Both the position numbers and the translations under genes were made by a program. Shown in pieces: positions 24,576 through 36,709 of a DNA stretch of 64,000 bases (position 1 is the first letter of the stretch; the number at the start of each line of letters is the position of its first letter). Origin of the DNA: the human T2T-CHM13v2.0 reference genome, Homo sapiens; NCBI RefSeq assembly GCF_009914755.1, contig NC_060929.1; one strand, given 5' to 3'. The notes under the pieces are model-generated. The model searched no databases, had not been told where the DNA came from, and was given only the letters and a program-made list of their open reading frames with translations.

Positions 24576-26654
24576 CTGTCATATAAGCATATGAATGTAA
24601 AGCTCTCCCACAGAGAAATAAGTCACATAAAAGTTACATTCCTGTAAGAAATATTAATATGACTTGGTCACCCCAGTATAATCACCTAGCCCCCCACCCT
24701 ACTCAAGGTATCTTAAATCACACATATCCACTCCACTACAAATGATATCCACTCAGGGGACCCACCTCCTCACTAAGGAAGCGGTAAAAATAAACAACAG
24801 CACTGATAGCCATTTGTAGCTTTAAAAAAATCTCTCCTTTTGTCTGCTTTGGAGATTTCTTTTTATCTCTCATTGACAATGTTTTGCAGATGCTGTTCAA
24901 TAAACCTCGGGCCCCTTCCCCTGTTTTTATTGTGCTGAAATAGTTGCGTGCTGAAATAGTTGCATCCTTGTAACTGGGTCTTTATTTTTATTGGCAGAAA
25001 ATTCTCAGTCCACTTATTCCCTTGTATAAAGTAAATTTTAACTGTAGAACCTGTATCAATAATGTCATTTAAAGGAGGCTGCTTCCAATACACTCTGCAA
25101 AATGTCCGCAGAGATTTCCGGATTTCCCAGTCACCACTTCCCTCCCTGCTAGCCAGGCCTTGCAGCTCCCTTTTCCCTTCTACATCTGAGCACTCTCTGT
25201 TCTCTGGCCAGCTGCCTTCTGTTCAGCCCCTGTGTGTTCTCCATTCTCTGCTCTGCCTTAATGATAAGTAGAGTTTCATCCTAAGCACATTAGGGTGGAG
25301 GTGGGGATTACTTCTTTATTTGGGTCCAAGGGAAAAACATACCCTCCTATTGGCAAACCATGAAGAGTATGACACTTCGAGTTTAACAAGATTAAGCAAT
25401 CCCTCTTTGGGCACAGCAATGTGGCCAGTGTGGGGGAAGAGAGTGTTATTCTTCTTGGACCATTTCTCATTCTATATCTGGTGGCTTACATAGGAATTCC
25501 AAATTGCAAGATGCCTAGGGTCCGGGGGTATGTTGTTGGGACATAAGATAGTTGAAATGGTTGTGTACTTGGGTTTTTCTATTTTTTATGTTTCTAAAAT
25601 GATAATTGTTATAAGTAGGGCACATAGAATTTACTTTCGGATATTGGAATTGCTTAATTTCGAAGAGATGGCCAGTCAAAAGCTTGGGCATCTCCTCTTC
25701 CTGTTCACTTACTACTGTTTTAGCTCTGCTTACCATGAAAGGTAAGCAGTCATTTTCACCAATAACTTATACCAAATAGTTGACCTTGGAACCAGCAATT
25801 TACATTCTTATAAAAGAGGTCACTTAGGGAATTTAACTGTGTAATCCTAGCCCCCATGTGGTAGGAGATGAGTAGAAATGGAACAAAGCTGGTGACACAC
25901 CATTTGAAACAATTTGAATTGGGAAATCATTTCTTTTCGACTTCGTGTCAAAAATGGAACCTTCTTTAAAATGGTACAGGAAGGGAGAAGGATGCAGTAA
26001 AAGTCTGCAGCAATAGTGACTCAAAAACTCTGTTCTAGGACTCACGAAAGCAATCCTGTTGTCACATTTGGAGGGAAACCAGAAATAATTTAGGTTTTTC
26101 ACTTTCCTAATAGCTTCTTTTCCAATACCTTTCCTTCAGACACCATGCCCTCCCTTTTATTTTGCCTTTATTAATGAAAACTAATGAAGAGAAACACCGT
26201 TTAAACTTGAACTAGGAAACACAGGTTTTGTAGTGCTAATATTTTGGTGTGGGCTCTTTTTTTTTTCTTTAAGACAATTATCAAGACGAAGCATTTGTTT
26301 CTTCTTTTGTTTACCCATGGCAGTTTGTCAGCAGTTATGATAAGTAGAGTTCCATCTGCCAGTAAAACTACATTGCAAATTGCCGTAGAAATTAGCAGCT
26401 TTCATTTTTGCCTACATAAATAAATATGCGAAATAAATTGCACATAAATGCATCCTAAAAAATCACAGGTATACCACACAGTTAAATGCCAATCAGACAA
26501 ACCCAGAGACACACTGCGATTATCTCAGTTTTCAAACCTGGGAGATACACGAATGTGTTTCTAAATGAGAGAGGCAGTGTATCATGCTCGCTGAGATAAA
26601 AACAGAAGCTGCCAGACACTGCACTGTGGCTTTATTCTGAGAATCCTTTGCCTG

Positions 26655-26845
26655 AAACCCGCTCTCTTTTCTTGATGTTCTCTGTCTCTCTCTCTCTCTC
26701 TCTCCCCCTCTCCCCCTCTCTCTCTCTCTGCTTCTCTCCCTCTCTCCTCGCTGTCTTTCCCTCGCTCATTGTTCTCTCTCTCCTCCTGCCTTTGATGCAC
26801 ATACGTTGTCACAATTCATTGACTCTCCTCTCTTCTCTGTTCTTA
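26655..26845. repeat. (CT)-rich homopyrimidine tract with a perfect mirror repeat at 26691-26729
   Basis: (TC)n-CCCCC-TCT-CCCCC-(TC)n read directly. Confidence 0.9.
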
Positions 26846-26849
26846 CACT

Positions 26850-27166
26850 CAAGCCTAGCGGTGCTTTCGCCAGGCAGCAGCAGCCTCTCCTGCGAGTTTT
26901 AGGCATGTATGCAGCTCAGTTTGATCGAGCGTTCCTTTTCTGCCTTTTCACTCTTACAAAAGATTAAAAGGTGGCGTCACATTGCTCCCCTGTTCCTTCC
27001 CGCAGGAGGGACTTAAAAGGGACAACAAAAACTAATCACTTTCAATAAGCATTTTCTTGCTGGAAAAAAAAAAAAGAAAAGAAAAAAAAAGAAAGAAAAA
27101 AAAAGGCGGGGGGTGGACTTAGCAGTGTAATTTGAGACCGGTGGTAAGGATTGGAGCGAGCTAGAG
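26850..27166 (+). promoter_or_regulatory. Putative internal promoter and 5' UTR of the alternative first exon
   Basis: Local CpG enrichment; CRE-like TGGCGTCA 26972-79; TATA-like TTAAAA 27013-18; Inr-like TCACTTT 27036-42; GC-box-like GGCGGGGGGTGG 27105-16; directly upstream of an ATG exon. The exact TSS cannot be determined. Confidence 0.6.
27064..27104 (+). repeat. A-rich purine tract (A/GAAAA), about 41 nt, in the putative 5' UTR
   Basis: Direct reading. Confidence 0.95.
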
Positions 27167-27212
27167 ATGCTGCACGCTGCTAACAAGGGAAGGAAGCCTT
27201 CAGCTGAGGCAG
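27167..27212 (+). CDS. TENM2: Coding part of an alternative first exon, MLHAANKGRKPSAEA-(G), phase 1; probable alternative N-terminus of teneurin-2
   Basis: gagATGc start (purine at -3); in-frame TAA upstream at 27128-30; 15 codons + 1 nt; consensus donor CAG|GTAAGC at 27212/27213. The peptide is recalled as the start of a short TENM2 isoform. Confidence 0.8.
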
Positions 27213-30200
27213 GTAAGCGCCGATCGGAGGGTTTGACCGAGTGGCTTAGTTAAATCTCTGTTTTCACCGTTTTGTAATTGAGAAAGGCATCCGCAGCAGA
27301 AGCCGATTTTTCAGTCGGCTTCCTTTTGTTTAACATAGAAAGTACCTGTATTAATTTTGATGAATTAGAGCATGCAGCAAATTCAATTGAAAATAGATTT
27401 GTATAGTAAATGCATTTATACTGAATGATTTCTCCTCCGTTTTATTTAAGGAGAGAGATGAGAAAGATGATTTTGATCAGAATAGCACTTTGCATTACGT
27501 TAAATTCTAAACAGCTAACGGAAAGAAAAATAATCCAATTGATACTGCTTTTGAACTCCGGGACTTAAACCCTAGGAGACAGCTGCCATTTGAAATTTTT
27601 CTTCTAACTGAACTTCTGATGTGTTATAATAATTTTTCACTGGAGGTTTTAGCAAGGGTAGAGTTTATTTAAGTCGAGCTACTGGGGTTTGTTTGGCTTG
27701 GATCTTGTGGGTGAAGCGCTTCTTATATCTCCTTAACGTGTGTCAGGTTGATGGTTCATAAATAGAGATTAAGTGTTGTCCCAAATGAAATATGAAGTTA
27801 AAACATCAGGTTAGGGCATGTTGTAGAAAGGGATCTGGTAAATAATTAGGAGAACTGAATTATGACAGTTTGAAATGGGAGTTAACTCTGGAGGTGCTGT
27901 TTGATAAACCTTTCTGGATTCTAAGCGGCTCAATAATGGAGGGGCTGATTACCAGTCTCGAGTCGGAACTTTGCATCAGGATCCTAAATGTGGAATACAT
28001 ATGGATTTTCATTGTACGTAGCTTTTAGAAATATGTCCCTTTTGTGTGCTATGAGAGTTGTGGATTATATTTGATGGCATGTCTCCTTTAAAGAGCTTTG
28101 GGGTGAAGCTTAAAAGGCTCATATCTATTTTAACATTGAACAAACACAAAATGCATGATCTCCCAGCACTTGATTTTTGTTGCTACTTCTGTTGTTTTAA
28201 AGTTTTGATTATGTGTTTTTAACCTCAGTCTTTGTTGATTCTGTGTTCATTGCTTCTGCTGCTAAAATGTATTGCTGACATGAAAAAACTGAGATTTGAG
28301 AAAGAAAAAAAAAAAAAAACAACCCAAACCCACCTCTGATTAGCCAAGTTTCTAATTAAGGATAACAGAAATCCAGATTATATCTAAGATTTTACCTAAA
28401 AGATAGCATAGAATGTTTAAAATTCATTTTTAAATGTTTTTATGAGAAAATCTGAATATTAAAAGTACAAAATTCAGTTAAAAGAATCCTCCTCTGGAAT
28501 GATATATACAAGGGTGACTTCAGTACCTGTACTAGGTTTGGTCCTAGAAAGAACTGCACTACTATGGCATTGTTGATTTCAGCGGCCACGGAAGGGAGGA
28601 TATTTTATGTATTTGTCTGGAGATAAGATTTTTTCTTCCCAAGTTTCCAAACCGGACTTGCTCCTCAATATCATACCCTGGCATGTCTCGCGTTTGCCAG
28701 ACCATCTGATGGCATCTTGTGGGTGCAGCCTATGAATCCAATTTTATGAGGACATCAGAAACTGCTGAGTAGTGGGGAGTAGAGACCAAATGGACTGTGG
28801 GTCTGATCATACTTCATCATCCAGAGATAATCTCTGGTGGAAGTTCCCTGGGAAGCCCCTGATACAGGTTGGGGAGACTTAATTTTTCCTCATGGTTGAA
28901 AGAATAGGGAAAGATGCAGACAAGAGAAAAAGACACTGCTGTCGAATGTTTGATGCAATCGTGCTGGTGGTAGCATAGTGAGTTTTTAAAATCGCATCAC
29001 ATGTAATTTTTTTTCAGCTTAAGAAACTTTGCAGAATCTTGAAGTAGCTTTTCTCAAATTCAATCTCGTTTTTTTTCTACATCGTTTTTTCCTGCGTGAA
29101 ATTTTTCTCTGACTCCAGCTACACCTAACTATTGAAAGCTGTTATTCTGCTGCTGATAATGATGATTATTTCTCAAATAAGTGGCAAGTGTTGAAGGGAT
29201 GGGCCAAGAGAAATATGTTGTCTGTATCATATATGCTTTGCTTTTATTTATGAAAATGACTTCTTCCAGGTGAGGCAATGATAAATTTGAAGTTGCGACT
29301 TGGCTATTTGCCTCACCAAACAACTGTCCTTTTCTTAGAGAACAAAATAGAACTAAAGTAAGCAGAAATAATTTCATTGTAAACTGGATTGTAGTTCAGC
29401 ATGTACTTTTTAGGCAGATGGTAATCAAAGCTATCCTTACTCAAACTATTTGATTCATATAAATAGCATTTTTCTGAATTTTCCAGTAGATGTTGCTGGA
29501 GAGCAAAGAAAAGAGCATTTTTTTTTTTTTTTTACAGGAAAAAAAGAAATACAGTAGACTTATAAAAGCCAAGAAAAAAGATTCTTCTCCCCAAACTCTG
29601 CTGATAGCATTTTGCATAATTTGCTAATTAATGAATTATATTGAATCATTACCGTTTATGATGTTCTATAGAAAGCTATTAAAACTTGAGTTCGATTTTA
29701 AAATTATGAGATTGTTCTCTTTAGTCCCTATATATAATGTCTGTTTGCTGTTTTCCGTTTTCAAAAAATCAACTTAACTGCACATTACTATTCAGAACAT
29801 TTCATCCCTGAATGCTAAAACCCTTTAACATGCAAATATGATGTCAGAGGAAGAACTGAAATAGAATACCCTGAGAAGAGTAATGATCAAACGCATTATA
29901 AAAATATGCACCAGTTGCCAACATGTAATGAAATATTAAGAAATTAAAAGCATGCAACCTCTAAAGTAATAGAATTTCATTGCTCTGAGACTGTTTTCCC
30001 ACTGAATATTAAGTGCTTAATAGATCTACCCGTAAAAAACAATCGAAAACCTACATGATTTGTCACTGAAGTTCTTTCATTATATGATTTTGAAAAATTA
30101 GCCCAATAGGATTTTCCTCAGAATAGGAAATGTAATTAACATTGGATATTAAGTGTCAGATTTCCAAAGCAAAAGCTATAAGGCTTGATGGAGAAAATAG

Positions 30201-33200
30201 GAATGCAGAGAGCAAACATAAGCACTAGAAACTGAGGGGACCCACGCTGGAACTGCTCTGCTTGTAATCACTGTGATAAAATGACAAAGACGTCCCAGAG
30301 GAGCCCAGGAATCTCGTACCCAGACAGGAACTGATGCAATTTCAGGACCAATGACCTCTATCTATGGGAGTATTTATTTTTGGAAATGATCAATTAACTG
30401 ATTTCAATAGTGAAAGGGAAGTGTATATGTTTTTTCCAATGAGAGGGGGACGTAGGGTATTACAAAAGCACTTGCAGACAGGACAAGGGTGTAACCTATG
30501 TTGGAGAGCTTTCGGTTTTCTTACTTTAAGCCGACCTAGTTCTTTGCTGGTGGATTCTTCTTTGGCATTGAATCACCTCTTTGTCAGTTTTCCTTCCTGA
30601 GGTGTGAAATGCTCCATAGGATGTTTTGATTTAACACCTATTTATTTCTCTTTTCTGGGAGGAAAAAGCTTATATTTAGAAGGCATAAGTGTCAGCTACT
30701 TCTATTTTGTAATTAATGCTCTAAGTCCACTGGGCTAGGGATGTTCCCGATTTTATTTTTATTTGATTCAAATACATTTTTTTTTGTACTTGACCCATAG
30801 TGGTTTTTTTCTTCTTCTGTCTTTAAATAAGGAAAGCTACACAACTTGGTGGGAGATTCTACTTTCTAGTAAAGTTTGTTTGTTGTTTGCCTCTTGTTCT
30901 CTTTTTTTAATAGTAGCTATCGAGCGCTGACTATATTCAAAGTACGATGAGCTAAGTGTGCCGAATTGCACCCCTAACAACAACAAAAGATGCCTCTCCA
31001 CTCACTGAGAATCTGACGAAGATGCAAAATATGCGCCAAACAGCCTACTGGACTAAAAGTGCCAGGTCTTAACTCCCTCCCTTAGGAGAGCAGGGGAGAA
31101 AAGGTCGCTGCAGGTTGAGAGGACCCTGAGGAGCCTGTCTTTGAATTAGGGGTGAAATGTGAAAACACAAAATAATCCCCATCAGCAAAATCAGCGTGGG
31201 CACAGGGGGCACATGCCAAAAGGGAACAACCGATGCTAGTATGATGGAGGGTCTTGAACGGCAAGCCAAGGTATTTGATAGCCACTGGAGAGGGGTGATC
31301 TGGTAGCTTTAGGGGAGTTGCGGCTTTGGATGTGGACAGGGAAGTACTGGAATATGGGGTCCCACCATACAACACACCCTTCCCAGGAAATTCTGAAACG
31401 TCTGTCTACAGGGCATCTATTCTTCCGTTAAATTGCAGCCTTACGGAGGTATTGCTACCAGTAGCCTATATCTTCCCCTTGTAGCAATGCTGTTGAGAAC
31501 TCCTGGTCCAGAGGCTGGAAGCCTGTGAATAATCTGTTGCATTAGCCTAGACTTCAGCAGTAAGGTTGAGAAACGCTGGGGAACGGAGACTGGCTACGAG
31601 AAACACCTTCGTATTATAATTATTGCAATTTCTTGTTTGTACTGCAGATGTCATGCCCTCATTAGACAGGGATTTTGTGTATATGCATTTGTTTTCATGT
31701 TTTCATAAGAAAAACCTTCACCATTCGTTGGAGATCAGACCCGTGGTTTAGAAGGTGTGATGTTCTCTCCATGCTATTTCAGTATAATCAATTAGTGTTA
31801 TGTTCATCTCTGGTTTCTTGACATTGATTAGGATGGATTTTTATGATCTTTAAGGGTTTTCATCTCTCTAAAAACATATATACTTTATTTATTAGAATTA
31901 ATTGCCTCTCTGAATTGCCTGTGTTGTCAGTTACTTTCTATAAACCTTGACTAACTTACCTTGAACTCTTTGACGTCTAGTGTATTTGACTGACAAGCTC
32001 AGCTGTGGAGACTACTCTAACTATATAATGGAAGTTTATATGTGAACATATAAGCTGTTTTCTTTTCAACAGAGTTCACGATGAGAAGGAGCAAAAATAA
32101 TTATTAGTACAATTAAGTAAGTAGAGTGTCATGCTTTTCTTCTGTAACACGGATTTTACCAGCCTATTCAGGTGGACACGGTCACCAACATTACCTCAAA
32201 ACCAAACTGTAGATGAGTGACTTTCCTTGTCCTCCAACCACTTTAATTTAATTTGTTCCATTTACTTTTCCAAGCTTTCCATCTTCCCACCATTTTAATA
32301 CTATCAGAGATGGGGTGCTGCCCATGACATTCACACTTGACATTATCAAACACAAAAGGCATCACTCATGCACTTGACTGCATTACAATGGAAGGAAAAA
32401 AATAGATCCCAAAGGCTTAGAAATTATTGTCTCGTACCTTGAATGTAGCTGGATTTTCTTTTCTGTTTCCTCCAGCCTGCCTCATTTGACTGTTTTGCCA
32501 CTGTGTGTTTGCAGAGGGTTCTAAAAGCCCTGCAAAAATCAGCACTCACAAATCCATAACATACACATTTTTATATTCACTGGAGATATGTGTCTTAGTA
32601 TAATAGGAATTTACAATCATATCATTATTGTCTGTTATTTGTTAGGCACCAACCACATTTTGATGCAGTTCCAAAGTTGCAGCTTGCACCAGAGCTACCT
32701 TCTCATCATTGACTTCAGTTCTTCTGACGGTTCGACAGTCGTAGCCAAGCGTTGTCCTGACTCACAGATCTGTGGTCACTGCAGTTCCTTTACTATTGCT
32801 GGGCAAGCCAGAGATTTACTGAAATCCACAGTAGCTCTAATTTTTGTGTGTGTGAGTGCGGAGAATTCTTAAAGTTAGTATAAATTTCTCTGTACCTCCC
32901 TTTTCTTCCTATTCCGAGCCTGATGGTCAAAGACAGTTTACCTCTCTGCCCCCATATATAAGACAACACTTGTGACCTGAATAAATAGCATTAGATTGTG
33001 GTGAGTTTCTTCAGTCATATTACATCATGCATCACGATCGCGTGTGCTGTAAAGCTTTGTAAAACAGCCAGCTACATGATATCCTGCAGGTTTAATATAC
33101 TTCTGCAGCCTTGTACTTGGGAAGGATTTCTGTAATTGGAGACAATCTAGTAAGGAGAACTTTTTAAGCCATCGGAGGCCAAAATACAAGTTTTTGAGAA

Positions 33201-33895
33201 ATGTGCCTTTATAGGCTTGAAACTGAATGGATTACAAATTTCTCTTAACTGGACAGAATCATAATTGCCTATAGAGTACGGTCCTGATTATCCAGGGTTT
33301 GAATTTCCAGCATGGGGATTATCCAGATTTCTTCCTTGACTCCCCTGTCTTTTTCCTAACTACCTGACGTGAAACATTTCTCTAATCATTGGCACCTCTG
33401 CTAATGCTATGCAAGGGCAAATTTGAGCAGGAAAATCCGAACTAGCGAATTATCATTCAGAAGAGGGAATTATGTAGAAAAATCTGGTTTTTGTAACTAT
33501 TCACTAAAGTCGACTGGATAAATTTAAATTTGGGGGGACATCTTTCTATTTACAAATGATGTTTACTGTAGCTGCGTATATGCTGTTGAGAACAGCATAT
33601 ATGGGTTTCCTACCCAAACCCCAGTTAGTTATTCTCCACCATTCTCATTTTAGTCATTAACTGGGTGCCAATCAGTCCTTGATAAGTTATTTATTTTTAG
33701 GATTTGACCCACACACTGAAAGCCTCTTAGATACCACAAGGAGGCTGAAATGGTGAAAGAATAGGAAGTGGAGCTGGCCTTGCCAGAAACGCTGTTACTG
33801 CAGAATAGGACAGGAGTCACCAGACCACCTTCCAAGTCTGCAGAACAGGGAGCAGATTTCTGTCTACTGAATATTACTACAGAATCAAAACTTGA

Positions 33896-34205
33896 GGCTG
33901 GGCTCAGTGGCTCATGCCTATAATCCCAGCACTTCGGGAGGCCGAGGTGGGCGGATTGCTTGAGGCCAGGAATTGAGACCAGCCTGGCCAACATGGTGAA
34001 ATCTCATCTCTACAACAAATACAAAAATTAGCCGGGCGTGGTGGCGCAAGCTTGTAATACCAGGTACTCAGGAGGCTGAGGCACCAGAATTGCTTGAACC
34101 CAGGAGGCGGACGTTGTAGTGAGCGGAGATCGTGCCGCTGCACTCCAGCCTGGGAAACAGAGCGAAACCTTGTCTCAAAAAATCAAAAAAACGGGAACCA
34201 AAAAA
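33896..34205 (+). mobile_element. Alu (AluS-like)
   Basis: ggctgggctcagtggctcatgcctataatcccagc...; interrupted A tail; approximate TSD aaaac(c)ttga. Confidence 0.95.
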
Positions 34206-36659
34206 GAAAACCTTGATTTCCTCTCATATTCACGTACATCAGTTGTGGCTTGGACACTTTCATAATCCTGTGGTTATATCTGGCACTTTGTACCAATGTC
34301 TCTCATCAAATAGTGTACTCTTCTGTCATCTCTATTTGACAAACATACTTATTAATAATCGGTAGCAGTTTGAGGTGCTTAATACAAATTCACAAGCTGT
34401 TTCTGTTTCTAAATGTATAACATAATATAAGCAATAAAACATATGCTATATAATATAATTGACAAAATATGCTAAAAGGCAAAAAGTGGTGTTGCCTCAG
34501 TGGTACTTTAAAAAATATCCTTTTATCACTAGATTAAAACTGAGTCTGTTAGAAAGAAACATACTTGAAGTTGTTAAATGTTCAGGTGCAATCGATGATG
34601 TAGTATAATGAACAATAGTTTTCAACCCATATTTTAAATGAGAATTTAAGCAGTAATATAGTACATAAACTGAAAATGTAAAACAACTGTTAGAAAAATC
34701 ATTGACAAATCTAGTCACATGTTCTGTATGTAGAGGATTCCTCTTAGTATTCGTATTTGTGTTACATTTATATACATACATGTATGTACACACATGTATT
34801 ATAGAGAATATATGTATGTGCATATATCTTTATCTATATCTATTTCCAGAGTGAGAGAGACAGAGAGAATAAAGGGGTGAATTCCTAATAAGATACAGTA
34901 TGAGTACATTCCCGATAAAATATTGTGGTTTTTCCAGCTGACATTATTAATTTCCCACAATCTGACGCACAGTGTGCTATGTACCAAGGATGCCAAAATG
35001 AAAAAGACACAATTCTTAAGGAGTTTATGATCTAATCTGAAATTAGATATTATTTTCATGTTGAATTTTCAGTTGTAGATATATTTAGTAATCAAAAACA
35101 TTGAGAGAGAAAAAAAAAAAATCAAGCGTTACAAAGCCATTGGAGCCCACACTAGGTATCTCTACATTTTACATGTCTTGCCTCATCAGGAGGAGAGTTG
35201 GAAAATAAATATAGGCAGGTATGATTTGGGGAAGAAGATTCTCATATAATATAATCTTGTCCCAACTAAACATAAATCTGGCTTTATGGAAAAACCAGGC
35301 TAGGGTTTCTGAATTCTCTGTTACCACTTACTGTTGATGCAGGCCACAGACCAAAGATAGGATTAGTTTGTCTGATTTTCACTCTTCTCTGAGTTCTATA
35401 CAGCATTCAATCAAGCAAAGAATGTGAGGGAAAGTGTTGTCAACCTGCTTAGTATTAAACATGCACAAATAATGTTTTGTTTGAAAAGATATGTAATTGA
35501 GCATATGTTTTTAAATGAAATAGGCTTATGTGACAAAAATCATTTTATTCTTGATCTATATGGCATTTATGATGTATATGTTTTATGTGTTTATAATCAC
35601 CTATCCTATGTGATTTATATACACACACATATAGTCTCTAGAGGTCAGTAGAATATAAGAAATGGGCAAAAATTCATGTCTAGATGAGACCCAGAGATCC
35701 TGGAGACCATTTTTCAAATGGTGAAATGATGATAGTCGACTAATGACATTAGGAACTGAAATCATTAATCAGTGTTAACAAAAAAGTCATGTCATTCTTG
35801 TTCCTGAAATGAATCTAATCTATTTGTTTTAAGCAAATTTCAGATAAATGAACATTTACATGGCACGAACCTTTACAGAAACCAAGCTGTAATTACTTTA
35901 TTATAGTTTATTATAACAGGCTGTGATTCTCCAGAAGCTTTTTTGAGGATTTTTTTTTAAATGTTACCAGAACAAAAAGGTAATTTGTTTTTAAACACTT
36001 GACTATTACATCCAAAACACTATTTCTCTTTTAGCTGCCAATTCAGTCCCCTTGACTCTTAGAAATGAATCATTTCATGATTTATACGTTGTAATTTTAT
36101 TTGTTCTTATGAACTAAGTGTCCCTGATGTTGGAAAATGTATTAGAAAATTGTGATTTATTTTATATATTAAGCTAAAATTGTTGACAGTCCAGCACTTG
36201 CTGCACAGTTGAGCATGTTTGCCAAGTTTTTCTCTGGAACATTCATGCACAAAAAGTGTAGGAAATGACATAATGTAGCCATGAACTATTTGATAGTGGA
36301 GTTGTCCGTGACTCTTACACACCATTTTATGCAAGAAAAAACAGCACAGCAGGGATTCAGATTTCATTCGAATTCGGGGATAAATGATTATCTTTTAAGT
36401 GGAGATCGCATGCCTTGGCTTAGAACTTAATATGCCTTGCACACATTAATATCGCTCACACTTGGAACTAATCTATCAATAAGCTATTCCCATATTTGTT
36501 TACTTACACTAGCGTGGATTGCATTCTTAGTTCAGTTTCCTCCAGGATAAATCCTAAACCATGTATTGCAGCAGAAGTGCCTAAAGGTGAATAGTCAGAA
36601 ATAAAACAATAGGAGGTGATAGGGGCCTGTGGAGCTGTGAAAAGGCATTATGAGTATAT

Positions 36660-36661
<2 letters not shown>

Positions 36662-36707
<46 letters not shown>
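36662..36707. repeat. (AC)23 microsatellite
   Basis: Direct reading. Confidence 0.95.

Positions 36708-36709
<2 letters not shown>

Noticed and set aside
27299-27331. Hairpin GAAGCCGA-N8-TCGGCTTC followed by a T-rich run, resembling an intrinsic terminator
   Set aside because: Eukaryotic intron; an 8-bp stem is expected by chance and is too short for a pre-miRNA.
28577-28597. REST/RE1-like ttcagcggccacggaagg, and ttcaggaccaatgacc at about 30341
   Set aside because: Needs an indel or several core mismatches; not supportable without ChIP data.
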